Assembly (NCBI GenBank): GCA_963766735.1
Contig: CAVYBU010000007.1
Location: 384,001 to 448,000 of the forward strand
Reading direction: 5' to 3'
DNA length: 64,000 nucleotides
Source of the DNA: an uncultured Chloroflexia bacterium
Lineage (GTDB): Bacteria; Chloroflexota; Limnocylindria; Limnocylindrales; CSP1-4
Position numbers and translations under genes: made by a program. Shown here in pieces: positions 31,115 through 40,964 of the stretch (position 1 is its first letter; every line of letters begins with the position of its first letter). The notes below the pieces were generated by a model. It had not been told where the DNA came from. It saw only the letters and a list, made by a program, of their open reading frames with translations, and did no database searches.

Positions 31115-32839
31115 TCAGACCGTGATCAGCTCGCGGTGGACGCCGAACGACGACCGCAGCCGGTCGGCGATCTCGCCCACGGTGGCGTAGGTCGCGACGG
31201 CCTCGATGATCGGCGGCATCAGGTTGCCGGTGCCCCGCGCCTCGTCCTCGAGGCGCCGGAGCGACGCCTCCCAGGCGGCCGGGTCCCGCCCGGCACGGAC
31301 ACGGAGGAGGCCTGCGACCTGGTCGCGCTCCCCATCGGGATCGATCCTCAGGAGCGCCGGGCGGGTGCCGGAATCCTCGTCCCTGAACTTGTTCACGCCG
31401 ACGACCACCCGGTCGGCTCGCTCGATCTCCCGCTGCACCCGGTAGGCGGACTCCTGGATCTGCCGCTGCTGGAAGCCACCCTCGATGGCGGCCAGGGTCC
31501 CGCCCATCGCGTCGATCTCGGCCAGGTACGCCAGGGCGGCGGCCTCGAGCTCGTTGGTCAATGACTCCACGAACCAGCTGCCGGCCAGCGGGTCGGGCGT
31601 CTCGGTGACACCTGCCTCGTGGGCGATGATCTGCTGAGTCCGGAGGGCCAGCCGGGCCAATTCGACCGTCGGCAGGGCCAGGGCCTCGTCCCGGGAGTTG
31701 GTGTGCAGGCTCTGGGTCCCGCCCAGCACCGCGGCCAGCGCCTGGATGGTGGTTCGGACCACGTTGTTGTCGATGGACTGGGCGGTCAGCGAGGAACCGG
31801 CGGTCTGGGTGTGGAAGCGGCACATCATCGATTTCGGGTTCCTGGCTCCGAAGCGCTCCTTCATGATCCGGGCCCACATCCGCCGGGCGGCCCGGAACTT
31901 GGCCACCTCCTCGAACAGCTCCGACCAGGCGGCGAAGAAGAACGAGAGTCGCGGGGCAAAATCGTCCACGTCCAGGCCCCTGGACACGGCCGCCTCCACG
32001 TAGGCGATCCCATCGGCGAGCGTGAAGGCCAGCTCCTGGGCCGCCGTGGCCCCCGCCTCCCGCATGTGGTAGCCGGAGATGCTGATCGTGTTCCAGCGCG
32101 GGAGCTCGCGTGAGGCGAACTCGAACACGTCGGTGACGAGGCGCATGGACGCACGGGGCGGGTAGATCCACGTTCCCCGGGCGATGTATTCCTTGAGGAT
32201 GTCGTTCTGGGTGGTGCCCGAGACCGCCCCGCGGGCGACTCCCTGCTTCTCGGCGGCCGCCACGTAGAGGGCAAGCAGGACCGGCGCCGTCGCGTTGATC
32301 GTCATGGACGTGCTGACCGTGCCCAGCGGGATCCCGGCGAACAGGGTCTCCATGTCCGCAAGCGACGAGATCGGCACGCCGACCCGACCCACCTCCCCCT
32401 CCGCCTCCGGGGCGTCGGAGTCGTAGCCCATCTGGGTGGGCAGGTCGAATGCCACCGACAAACCGGTCTGGCCCTGCTCGAGGAGGTACCGGAAGCGCTC
32501 GTTGGTCTCGGCGGCGGTCGCGAAGCCCGCGTACTGGCGCATGGTCCAGAAGCGGGAGCGGTACATCGTTGCCTGCACCCCCCGGGTGTATGGGTACTCG
32601 CCCGGGAGCCCCAGGTCCACGGCCGGATCGAGGTCCGGGATGTCGGCCTTCGTGTAGAGGTCGCGGATCGGGATCTGCGAGGCGGTGGCGAAGTCGGGGC
32701 TTCGCTCCGCGGACGAGGCAACGGCCCTCGCCCGGGTGGTGGCCCGCCAGCGCTCCACGGCAGGATCGCCCGCCGCCGTGGACCCGGGACCGGTGCGGTC
32801 TCCGGCGCCGTCCGGCTGCGCCTTCGCCTCGTCGTTCAC
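31115..32839 (-). CDS. Methylmalonyl-CoA mutase, substrate-binding subunit (split type, no B12-binding domain)
   Basis: [45 protein letters not shown]; no DxHxxG motif. Confidence 0.93.
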   Translation of the reverse strand: MNDEAKAQPDGAGDRTGPGSTAAGDPAVERWRATTRARAVASSAERSPDFATASQIPIRDLYTKADIPDLDPAVDLGLPGEYPYTRGVQATMYRSRFWTMRQYAGFATAAETNERFRYLLEQGQTGLSVAFDLPTQMGYDSDAPEAEGEVGRVGVPISSLADMETLFAGIPLGTVSTSMTINATAPVLLALYVAAAEKQGVARGAVSGTTQNDILKEYIARGTWIYPPRASMRLVTDVFEFASRELPRWNTISISGYHMREAGATAAQELAFTLADGIAYVEAAVSRGLDVDDFAPRLSFFFAAWSELFEEVAKFRAARRMWARIMKERFGARNPKSMMCRFHTQTAGSSLTAQSIDNNVVRTTIQALAAVLGGTQSLHTNSRDEALALPTVELARLALRTQQIIAHEAGVTETPDPLAGSWFVESLTNELEAAALAYLAEIDAMGGTLAAIEGGFQQRQIQESAYRVQREIERADRVVVGVNKFRDEDSGTRPALLRIDPDGERDQVAGLLRVRAGRDPAAWEASLRRLEDEARGTGNLMPPIIEAVATYATVGEIADRLRSSFGVHRELITV

Positions 32840-32850
32840 CCGGACCTCCG

Positions 32851-33531
32851 TCAGTCGATTACCAAGAGGACGTCGCCCACATCGATGTTCTGGCCAGGGG
32901 CAACGTTGACGCGGGAGATGGTGCCATCCCGCGGCGCCCGGAGCTCGTTCTGCATCTTCATGGCCTCGACGACGAGCAGATGCTCCCCGGCCGCGACCGC
33001 GTCACCGGCAGCCACGAAGACCGTCGCCACCTTGCCAGGGATGATTGCCTTGACCTGCAGCGGACCGCTCCGGGCGCCCGCAGCCCGTCCCCGCGAGGCA
33101 CGCTCGCGCAGGGCGGCGATGCGCTCGGACTCGGTCTCCACCTCGAACCGGAAGCCGTCCACCAGGACCTCCCGTCGGCGTGCCCCACCCTCCCCGGCCA
33201 CTGCCGGCTCCAGGACGACCCGCGTCACGCTGCCGTTCCCGGACAGCCGGAAGCGGCCGGATCCGAGCGACCGAAGGACGATGTCGGCAGGTGCGCCGTC
33301 CACCGTCACGGTGTGTCTTTGCGCACGGACACCCGCGCCGTCATCGCCCGCGGAGACGGGTCCGGCAGGCGACACGGTCAGGCCCGGCCCGTCCCTGTCC
33401 TGGCTCGCATCCGACATCCGAACGCGCACCCCACGCGGATCGACCGGGACGATGGGGAAGGTATCCACCCCGCCCGTGGCCCCGACCGTGCTGCGGGCCG
33501 CCACGCTGGTGGGGTCGGTCAGATCGGCCAT
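32851..33531 (-). CDS. Biotin carboxyl carrier protein
   Basis: EAMKM biotinylation motif in the C-terminal domain; start uncertain. Confidence 0.88.
   Translation of the reverse strand: MADLTDPTSVAARSTVGATGGVDTFPIVPVDPRGVRVRMSDASQDRDGPGLTVSPAGPVSAGDDGAGVRAQRHTVTVDGAPADIVLRSLGSGRFRLSGNGSVTRVVLEPAVAGEGGARRREVLVDGFRFEVETESERIAALRERASRGRAAGARSGPLQVKAIIPGKVATVFVAAGDAVAAGEHLLVVEAMKMQNELRAPRDGTISRVNVAPGQNIDVGDVLLVID
33313..33332. repeat. Palindrome copy 1, candidate non-canonical parS (GTGTCTTTGCGCACGGACAC)
   Basis: Lies inside the BCCP gene, read there as CGT GCG CAA AGA CAC with rare codons. Confidence 0.6.
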
Positions 33532-35123
33532 CGGTCGACTCCCTGTGCCCGCCCACCGCGCCGCCAGCCGTGCCCGGCCCTGACCGGACCATCTCCGGTG
33601 CTCCCCAGCGATGCCGGCAACGCGACAGACGCCGGCAGCGTGGTCACCGAGTAGCCGGAGCCCATCGGCTCGTCGATTGCCGCCACGCCGGCGGCGAGCA
33701 GGGCCTTCCCGATCGCGGCGCTCCGGGCGGCCTCCCCGTCCCAGTTGGCATCGACCCAGCCGGTGGACAGGTCGCCTCGCCTGAACGCGTCGCTCCGCGC
33801 AACAGCACGGTGGAATGGCAGCGTGGTCTGCACCCCGCCAATCTCCGTCTCATCGAGCGCCCGACGCAACCGATCGATTGCCGCCTCGCGGTCGTGGGCG
33901 TGGACCATCAGCTTCGCGATCAGGTTGTCGTAGTCCGCCGGCACGCGATCGCCGGCCTCGATGTGCGTGTCCACGCGAATGCCCGGACCCGACGGCATGT
34001 TCCAGCGTCCGACGCGACCCGGTGTGGGCGCGAAGGAGCGAGCTGGGTCCTCGGCAGCGATCCGAACCTCGATCGCGTGGCTGGAGGGCAGGGCGGCTCG
34101 CTCCCCCGCGGCAACGACCTCAGGGCTGAGCGCCCCGCCTGCAGCGATCCGGAACTGCTCCCGAACGATGTCGACGCCGGACACGAGCTCCGTTACGCCG
34201 TGTTCGACCTGCAGGCGCGTGTTGACCTCCAGGAACCAGAACTTGCCGTCGGGACTGTAGAGGAACTCACACGTTGCGGCATTGCGCAGGCCGGCCGCTT
34301 CGCCCATGCGCACGGCCAGGCCATGGAGGTGTCGGCGCTGCTCTTCCGTGAGACCGGGGGCCGGGGCCTCTTCGACAAGCTTCTGGTGGCGCCGCTGGAG
34401 GGAGCAATCCCGCTCACCCAGCGCGACAACCCGGCCATGGGCGTCGGCCAGGAGCTGCACTTCGATGTGGCGGGCGGGAACAATCTCCCGCTCGAGATAG
34501 ACCGAGCCGTCGCCGAACGCCGATTGCGCCTCCTGCGAGCCCGCCAGGAGCGCGGCCGCGAGGTCCTCCTCGCCCGTCACTCGGCGCATGCCCCTGCCGC
34601 CGCCGCCCGCCGCTGCCTTGACCAGCAGCGGAAAGCCGATCTCGCGGGCCGCGACGACGATCGCATCCGCCTGGTCCGGGTGGTCAACCGGCACCGGATC
34701 GAGCGTTCCCGGAACGGAGGGAACCCCGATGCGCGCGGCAAGCCGCCGGGCATTGAGCTTGTCGCCCAGCACCTCGATCGCGCCGGACGCTGGACCCACG
34801 AACACGAGCCCGGCATCCTCGACAGCGCGAGCAAAGGCAGCTCGTTCGGCAAGGAACCCGTAACCGGGATGGACCGCCTCGGCTCCGGTGGACAACGCCG
34901 CCTCCACGACCGCGTCGATGCGCAGGTAGCTCTCCGACGGGGGCGGAGGACCCAGGTGGACGGCCAGATCGGCCAACCGGACATGCGCGGCCGATGCGTC
35001 GGCGTCGCTGTAGACCGCAACGGCTTCCATGCCCATCTCGTGACAGGCCCGGATGATGCGGACGGCGATCTCGCCCCGGTTGGCGACGAGAACCCGTCCG
35101 AAGGGCGGCGGCTCGGTGGTCAC
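33519..35123 (-). CDS. accC: Biotin carboxylase subunit of acyl-CoA carboxylase
   Basis: ANRGEIA, HPGYGFLAE, GGGGRGM, RDCSLQRRHQK, EVNTRLQVEH. Confidence 0.93.
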   Translation of the reverse strand: MTTEPPPFGRVLVANRGEIAVRIIRACHEMGMEAVAVYSDADASAAHVRLADLAVHLGPPPPSESYLRIDAVVEAALSTGAEAVHPGYGFLAERAAFARAVEDAGLVFVGPASGAIEVLGDKLNARRLAARIGVPSVPGTLDPVPVDHPDQADAIVVAAREIGFPLLVKAAAGGGGRGMRRVTGEEDLAAALLAGSQEAQSAFGDGSVYLEREIVPARHIEVQLLADAHGRVVALGERDCSLQRRHQKLVEEAPAPGLTEEQRRHLHGLAVRMGEAAGLRNAATCEFLYSPDGKFWFLEVNTRLQVEHGVTELVSGVDIVREQFRIAAGGALSPEVVAAGERAALPSSHAIEVRIAAEDPARSFAPTPGRVGRWNMPSGPGIRVDTHIEAGDRVPADYDNLIAKLMVHAHDREAAIDRLRRALDETEIGGVQTTLPFHRAVARSDAFRRGDLSTGWVDANWDGEAARSAAIGKALLAAGVAAIDEPMGSGYSVTTLPASVALPASLGSTGDGPVRAGHGWRRGGRAQGVDRWPI

Positions 35124-35143
35124 TGGTGCCTCCCGACGCGCGT

Positions 35144-35159
35144 GTCTTTGCGCAAAGAC
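35144..35159. repeat. Palindrome copy 2, perfect 16-mer GTCTTTGCGCAAAGAC
   Basis: Perfect inverted repeat in the pccB-accC spacer. Confidence 0.7.
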
Positions 35160-35171
35160 GGCATCCGCGTC

Positions 35172-36725
35172 TCAGAGGGGGATGTTTCCATGCTTCTTCC
35201 TGGGGTTCGTGTCTCGCTTGTCGGCAAGGATCTCCAGTGACCTGATGAGGCGTGGCCGCGTTTCGCGCGGAAGGATCACCTCGTCGATGTAGCCGCGCGC
35301 CGCGGCGGCATACGGACTCGAGAACTCCGACTCGTACTCGGCGACCAGGCGCTGCCGCTCCCCCGCCGCGTCATCGGCCCCCGCAATCGTGTCCTTGAAG
35401 ATGATGTTGACGGCACCTTCCGCCCCCATCACCGCAATTTCCGCCGTTGGCCAGGCGAAGTTCATGTCGCCCCGGATGTGCTTGCTGCTCATGACGTCGT
35501 AGGCACCGCCGTACGCCTTGCGGGTGATGACCGTGACCTTGGGGACGGTCGCCTCACAGTAGGCGTAGAGCAGCTTGGCACCGTGCTTGATGATCCCGCC
35601 ATGTTCCTGGCCGACCCCAGGCAGGAACCCCGGCACGTCCACGAAGGTGACGACGGGAACGTTGAACGCGTCGCAGGTCCGCACGAAGCGCGCGGCCTTG
35701 ACCGATGCGTCGATGTCCAGCGCTCCCGCGAGAACTGCCGGCTGCTGGGCGACGATGCCCACCGGTCGCCCGCCCAAACGGGCGAAGCCGATCAGGATGT
35801 TGGCGGCCCATGCCGGCTGCAGCTCGAAGAACTCGCCGTCGTCGAATACGTGTCGAAGGACCGCGTGCATGTCGTAGGGCCGCGACGATTCGTCGGGCAC
35901 CACGCTGTCGAGCTCCACGTCCATCCTGTCGGCGGGATCCGTCGACGCGACTCGCGGCGGATCCGCCAGGTTGTTCTGCGGCAGATGCGCAAGGAGCCGC
36001 CGGACGTGGTCCAGGGCCTCGGCCTCATCGCGGGCCGCGAGGTGTGCCACCCCGCTGACGCCGGTGTGGACGGCGGCGCCACCAAGTGCCTCCGAGTCAA
36101 CCTCCTCGTGGGTGACCGCCTTGACCACGTTCGGACCGGTGACGAACATGTAGCTCGTCCCCTCGACCATCACGGTGAAGTCCGTCATCGCCGGCGAGTA
36201 CACGGCACCACCCGCACACGGACCGAGGATCACCGAGATCTGCGGCACGACACCGGATGCCATCACGTTGCGCAGGAAGATCTCCGCATAGCCGCCCAGC
36301 GACGCCACGCCTTCCTGGATCCTCGCCCCGCCAGAATCGTTCAGACCGATGACGGGGGCTCCGACCTTCATGGCGAGGTCCATCACCTTGCAGATCTTCT
36401 CTGCATAGGCCTCGGACAGCGAGCCACCAAACACCGTGAAGTCCTGGCTGAAGACGAAGACGAGTCGGCCGTCAACGGTCCCGTGGCCGGTCACGACGCC
36501 GTCGCCCAGGAACAGTTGGCGGTCCAGGCCGAAGTCAGTGGCTCGGTGGGTCACAAACGCGTCGAGCTCGACGAAGGACCCCGCATCCAGCAACAGGTCG
36601 AGACGTTCGCGCGCGGTCAGCTTGCCCCAAGCGTGCTGTCGCTCCATGCGAACCGGTCCCCCGCCCAGGAGGGCCTCTGCCCGCATGCGCTCGAGGCGAG
36701 AGATACGATCCTCATTCTTCGTCAC
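35172..36725 (-). CDS. pccB: Propionyl-CoA carboxylase carboxyltransferase (beta) subunit
   Basis: [52 protein letters not shown]. Confidence 0.93.
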   Translation of the reverse strand: MTKNEDRISRLERMRAEALLGGGPVRMERQHAWGKLTARERLDLLLDAGSFVELDAFVTHRATDFGLDRQLFLGDGVVTGHGTVDGRLVFVFSQDFTVFGGSLSEAYAEKICKVMDLAMKVGAPVIGLNDSGGARIQEGVASLGGYAEIFLRNVMASGVVPQISVILGPCAGGAVYSPAMTDFTVMVEGTSYMFVTGPNVVKAVTHEEVDSEALGGAAVHTGVSGVAHLAARDEAEALDHVRRLLAHLPQNNLADPPRVASTDPADRMDVELDSVVPDESSRPYDMHAVLRHVFDDGEFFELQPAWAANILIGFARLGGRPVGIVAQQPAVLAGALDIDASVKAARFVRTCDAFNVPVVTFVDVPGFLPGVGQEHGGIIKHGAKLLYAYCEATVPKVTVITRKAYGGAYDVMSSKHIRGDMNFAWPTAEIAVMGAEGAVNIIFKDTIAGADDAAGERQRLVAEYESEFSSPYAAAARGYIDEVILPRETRPRLIRSLEILADKRDTNPRKKHGNIPL

Positions 36726-36755
36726 GTGGTGGGCTCCATCCGGTCAGGGGCTGTC

Positions 36756-36771
36756 GTCTTTGCGCAAGGAC
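36756..36771. repeat. Palindrome copy 3, GTCTTTGCGCAAGGAC
   Basis: In the divergent pccB/parA intergenic region; stem extends to GTCGTCTTTGCGCAAGGACGGC. Confidence 0.7.
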
Positions 36772-36848
36772 GGCGCGACACGACCCATCATAGGCTCACG
36801 GGCCGCCCGCGAAGAAGGGCTGAACGACAATGCATCGAATCCGGCTGG

Positions 36849-36890
36849 ATATCCACAGAAAGGTGCACAACCCGTCCGATCTGTGGACAA
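36849..36890. promoter_or_regulatory. Two DnaA-box-like 9-mers upstream of parA
   Basis: ATATCCACA (36849-36857) and TGTGGACAA = TTGTCCACA (36882-36890), each one mismatch from TTATCCACA. Confidence 0.55.
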
Positions 36891-36987
36891 CCTGGCGACG
36901 CGCCATTCGGAAGCGCGGAGTAGCATTCCCCCACTCGGACCCGCCGCCGGTCTCCGTCTCGCTTCTTCACTTCCCGAGGTGACGCTC

Positions 36988-37758
36988 TTGACACACGTGA
37001 TCGCCATCGCCAATCAGAAGGGCGGCGTGGGCAAGACGACGACCGCAATCAACCTTGCGGGCGCGCTCGCAGAACTTGGGCGAAGGGTCCTCCTCGTGGA
37101 CATGGACCCACAGGCGAACCTCACGGTCGGCGTCGGCATCAACCTCAACACCGTGGAACGCTCGATGGCCGACGTTCTCGCCGATGGTCGCTCGACGCTC
37201 ACAGAGGCGATCCTCCCAACGGAGACGGCCGGCATCGACGTCGCACCGGCGCACATCGACCTCGCGAGCACCGAGGGTGAGCTGTTCACCGCCCTGGGCC
37301 GCGAGCAGATCCTCAGCGAGGCGATGCGCGACGCGATCGATCCCTACGACTACGTACTGATCGACTGCCCGCCCAACCTGGGCCTGCTGACGGTCAACGG
37401 TCTCGTCGCCGCGGACAGCGTGATCATTCCGGTCCAGACGCAGTTCTACGCGATGAAGGGCCTCAACAACCTGGTCAAGGTCATCAACGCGATCCGGTTG
37501 AAGTTGAACCGGGACCTGCGGATCCTCGGCCTGCTGCCCACCTTCTACGACGGCCGCACCAACCTTGCCAAGGACATGCTGGACGAGCTGCGCGTGGTGG
37601 GTGATCACCATGTCTTCAACACCATCATCCGCCAGAGCGTGAAGCTGGGCGAGGCGCCCCTCGCGGGGCGGCCAATCACCGCCTATGCCAGCTCGTCCGA
37701 AGCAGCCCGTACATATCGTGAGCTCGCCCGGGAGGTGATCGAACTTGGCCAGGACTGA
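36988..37758 (+). CDS. parA: ParA/Soj family ATPase
   Basis: NQKGGVGKTT deviant Walker A, VDMDPQANL, IDCPPNLG; TTG start after GAGGT. Confidence 0.95.
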   Translation: MTHVIAIANQKGGVGKTTTAINLAGALAELGRRVLLVDMDPQANLTVGVGINLNTVERSMADVLADGRSTLTEAILPTETAGIDVAPAHIDLASTEGELFTALGREQILSEAMRDAIDPYDYVLIDCPPNLGLLTVNGLVAADSVIIPVQTQFYAMKGLNNLVKVINAIRLKLNRDLRILGLLPTFYDGRTNLAKDMLDELRVVGDHHVFNTIIRQSVKLGEAPLAGRPITAYASSSEAARTYRELAREVIELGQD

Positions 37759-38755
37759 TTTCCGCGCCGCCGCCGCCCGTCGACTCTCCGAGGAGCGGGA
37801 GCTTCCGCCTGCAATCGTGAGCCTCCTGTCACCGGACATGAACCGCCGCTCGACCGGCGTCAAGGTGATCGAGGTTGATCACATCGACTCCAATCCGGAG
37901 CAGCCACGCCTCGCCTTCGACGAGGCGACCCTCGAGGAGCTGGCAGCCTCGATCCGCGAGCATGGCGTCCTCCAGCCGATCCTCGTCCGACCGCGGGACA
38001 ACGGCCGCTACCAGTTGATCGCCGGGGAACGCCGCTGGCGCGCCTCGCGGATCGCCGGCATGGCCACGATCCCCGCCCTGGTCGAGGACATCGACGACGA
38101 CACCGCCCTCGAGATCTCGATCATCGAGAACCTCCAGCGGGAAGACATCTCCGTCCTCGACGAGGCCGCGATGTACGACCGGATGATCCGGGACCACGGT
38201 TACAGCATTCGCAAGCTCGCGGACAAGCTGGGCAAGGACAAGGGCTATCTCGAGAACCGGCTCCGGCTGGCTGACGCGCCGCCCGAGGTTCGGGAGCTCG
38301 TGTCTTTGCGCAAGGACACCCTGTCGCACGCCTACGAGCTCATGAAGGTCACCGACCCCCGGAAGCGCAGGAAGCTCGCCGATCAGGTCGCCCGCAACGA
38401 GCTCTCGCTGGTGAAGCTGCGCGAACGCATCGAGGGCCGGCGAGCCCGGGTCGCCAGCGCTGAGGAGCCGCAGGAGACCGGGATCGAGGCCGCCGCATCG
38501 CGTGTGGACGATGAGACGGCCGACTGGTCGGAGCATCGAGGCGCGGCCGAGCCGATCCGTGACGACAGCCTCGTGGCCGCCAAGCAGCAGCTCAACGAGG
38601 CGGTGGAGGATCTCCTGGACGTCATCCGGAACCCGGACGTCCTGGACGCCATCGGCGCTGTCGACCGCACCAACCTGGCCAAGTACCTGACGATCGCCAA
38701 GCTCCGGCTTGAGAACGCGATCGCGGTGATCCGCTCCGGGGACACGGACCGCTAG
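37745..38755 (+). CDS. parB: ParB/Spo0J family CTPase with atypical HTH specificity residues
   Basis: NPEQPR, GVLQPILV, AGERRWRA, IIENLQREDI; HTH reads GKDKGYLENRLRL. Confidence 0.94.
   Translation: MARTDFRAAAARRLSEERELPPAIVSLLSPDMNRRSTGVKVIEVDHIDSNPEQPRLAFDEATLEELAASIREHGVLQPILVRPRDNGRYQLIAGERRWRASRIAGMATIPALVEDIDDDTALEISIIENLQREDISVLDEAAMYDRMIRDHGYSIRKLADKLGKDKGYLENRLRLADAPPEVRELVSLRKDTLSHAYELMKVTDPRKRRKLADQVARNELSLVKLRERIEGRRARVASAEEPQETGIEAAASRVDDETADWSEHRGAAEPIRDDSLVAAKQQLNEAVEDLLDVIRNPDVLDAIGAVDRTNLAKYLTIAKLRLENAIAVIRSGDTDR
38300..38319. repeat. Palindrome copy 4 inside parB, GTGTCTTTGCGCAAGGACAC
   Basis: Encodes V-S-L-R-K-D-T using the rare codons TCT and TTG. Confidence 0.7.
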
Positions 38756-38781
38756 GTTCTCCCCGCCCCGTCCAGCAACCG

Positions 38782-38810
38782 CGAAGCCGGCGCCATTGGC
38801 GCCGGCTTCG
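38782..38810. terminator. Hairpin between convergent genes, probable bidirectional terminator
   Basis: CGAAGCCGGCGCCA-T-TGGCGCCGGCTTCG. Confidence 0.65.
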
Positions 38811-38848
38811 TCGTCACCGGGTGAGTTGCCCCCGTCGGGGCACCGGGA

Positions 38849-39446
38849 TCAGCGGGATGCCTTGCCGTGGGCGGCCCGGGCGGCGGCGCCCTTCGCCTTG
38901 CCCTCTGCAGACTTGCCTGCGGCCTTTGCGGCCTTCTCCGCAGCCTTTGCGGCCTTGTCGGCGGCCTTGTCGGCGGCCTTGTGCGGCCTTCGGGTTGGCA
39001 GCGCCACAGAACTCCGGCGTGACGGTCTCCCAGTCAAAGCCGACGACGCTCACGTCCAGGTGAGCAACGCACGAGACGAAGGCGCCGTGATTGGCAAAGC
39101 CCACTGGCGTCGCCATCCGGGCGGCAGTCGACACGAGGGCGCCGTGGGTGTCCTTCGGTTCCGTGCTCGCGGTCTCGTCCGCCTCGGGCGCCTTGGGAGC
39201 CTCGCTCGGCTCGGCGGTCTCGGTCGCCTCCGGGGTCTCGGTCGGCTCGGCGGTCTCGGTCGCCTCCGGGGTCTCGGTCGGCTCGGCGGTCTCGGTCGCC
39301 TCCGGGGTCTCGGTCGCCTCCGCGGCGATCTGGGTCGGCGACGAGACGCGGGCCTGGGGGGCGGCCGCGAAGGCGACCGTGGCGGAGATGGCCAGCACCG
39401 CGAGGGCGACGGCAAGGCTGCGGGAGCGGCGGAGAAGATCAGTCAT
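38849..39446 (-). CDS. Secreted low-complexity protein (TETPEA repeats, two HGAxVS motifs, Lys/Ala tail) with apparent frameshift near 38983
   Basis: Signal peptide ending AFA; the natural KAADKAAK tail lies in a different frame (ORF 38849..39037). Confidence 0.7.
39206..39321. repeat. Coding tandem repeat, 3 x 36 bp (PTETPEATETAE)
   Basis: Exact 36-bp units without spacers. Confidence 0.9.
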
Positions 39447-39595
39447 GGGCGCGAGAACCTCGGCTTGTGGGACGGTTGCATAGAGGGTAACGGGCACGGA
39501 CGGGGGTCTGTTAGGGGTACTTCCGGTCCCGGTGCACCCTACCCTGGGGATTGCCTACAGGCACCACTCCTGATGACCCGGACGGCAAAAAGGTT

Positions 39596-40570
39596 TCAGG
39601 CCCCCAGCGGCGTGCCGGCGGAGGCGCTCAGGGCGCCCAGCCAGGCAACGGCCAGGAGCCCGGTCCCGACGGCCTGGATCTCCCACGCCAGCTCGCGCCA
39701 GGCAGTCCCCTCGCGGAGTGCGGCGACCCGCCCGAAGATCGCCCCACCGAGGGGCACGGCCGCTGCCACGACGACCGCACCAACCCACCCCGTGGGCGCG
39801 CCAAGAGCGACCGCGGTGGCCAGAGCCAGCAGGACCACGACCGTGTGCAACACGATCACGAGCCCGGCGGCGCGACGCGCCCCCAGGGTCAGCGCGATCG
39901 ACTCGATCCCCGCCGCCTCGTCGCGCTCCATGTCCACGATCGCGTTCGCGATCGCCAGGGCGGTCCCGGCGTTGGCAGCGGCCGGGATGATCACCAGGAA
40001 CACGCCGGGCAGCTCGCCGGTTGCCCCGTACCAGCCATATATCGGCAGCAGGGGGATCCCCACGGCCAGCGGCAGCCAGGACAGCGTGGTGCCCTTTGCC
40101 CGCAGGTCGTACCAGGCACCGATCGCGAGCACCACGCCCGCGACGGCGACGAGCGCCGGGCCGCCGGTGAGCGCGAGCGCCAGGCCCGAGGCAGCGGTCC
40201 CAGCGGCGACGATTCGGGCCGATCGAAGACTCACCAGGCCGGCGGGGATCGGCTTGCCCAGCCTCACGCCGGCGTCACGGGGCGCATCGACGATGTCGTT
40301 CAGGGTGCCGATCGAGAACTGGAGCAGCGTCATCGACGCCCCAAGCACGATGGCCGTCGAGGGCCCTCCCCCGCCGACCATCGCGACCAGGGCGACCACC
40401 AGCCCATCGAGGACGGCCGGGAACGGATGGACGAGCCGGGCGGCCCTCGTGACCCGGGACAGCGGAGTGTGAGGCGTCGGGACCGCCGATCGATCGGGGT
40501 CCAGCGTCGCCGTCAGGCCGGGGTCCGCACCCTCGGCGCCGTCGTCGTCAGACGTAGACGATCTCGTCAT
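39596..40570 (-). CDS. UbiA family prenyltransferase
   Basis: NDIVDAPRD..K.IP and NAIVDMERD Asp-rich motifs; multi-TM; start uncertain. Confidence 0.88.
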   Translation of the reverse strand: MTRSSTSDDDGAEGADPGLTATLDPDRSAVPTPHTPLSRVTRAARLVHPFPAVLDGLVVALVAMVGGGGPSTAIVLGASMTLLQFSIGTLNDIVDAPRDAGVRLGKPIPAGLVSLRSARIVAAGTAASGLALALTGGPALVAVAGVVLAIGAWYDLRAKGTTLSWLPLAVGIPLLPIYGWYGATGELPGVFLVIIPAAANAGTALAIANAIVDMERDEAAGIESIALTLGARRAAGLVIVLHTVVVLLALATAVALGAPTGWVGAVVVAAAVPLGGAIFGRVAALREGTAWRELAWEIQAVGTGLLAVAWLGALSASAGTPLGA

Positions 40571-40913
40571 AGCTTGCGATCAGGTACTCGATCAGGCGAT
40601 CGCGCCCGTCGGGGACCTGGGCGCGAATCCCGGGGACGAGTGCCCAGAGCGCTACGGCGGGGACCATCAGGCGACCCTGGGCGTCCCTGCCGACGGTCGC
40701 CGGCGGGCCACCCCCAGAAGCGAACACCCGTTCGAATTCCTGCTCCGTGAGGCCGGCGGCGCGGCGGAAGTCCGCCACTACGCGTACGACGCCCCGGCGG
40801 ATGGCGGTGTCGCGCATCATCTCGGCCGCCCAGGTGTCGATCTGGGCGTCGGTCTGCTCCGCAAGGCGGGCGCGGTATTCGTTCGTGTCGGCTGAGAGGC
40901 CGGTGGCTCCCAC
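40548..40913 (-). CDS. Hypothetical protein
   Basis: GC3-biased ORF, GGAG SD before GTG. Confidence 0.65.
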   Translation of the reverse strand: MGATGLSADTNEYRARLAEQTDAQIDTWAAEMMRDTAIRRGVVRVVADFRRAAGLTEQEFERVFASGGGPPATVGRDAQGRLMVPAVALWALVPGIRAQVPDGRDRLIEYLIASYDEIVYV

Positions 40914-40964
40914 GGGTTCTCCACAGAGGTTCGGTGATCGTTCGCAGGATGCCACACCCGGAGG

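Noticed and set aside
35980-35996. GCAGATGCGCAAGGAG as a fifth copy of the parAB palindrome
   Set aside because: Only one half-site matches; not palindromic.
36726-36987. oriC in the pccB-parA spacer
   Set aside because: Only two good DnaA boxes, no AT-rich unwinding element and no dnaA nearby; kept only as a regulatory hypothesis.
39206-39321. 36-bp repeats as a possible CRISPR array
   Set aside because: Head-to-tail with no spacers, in frame within a protein, and no cas genes.
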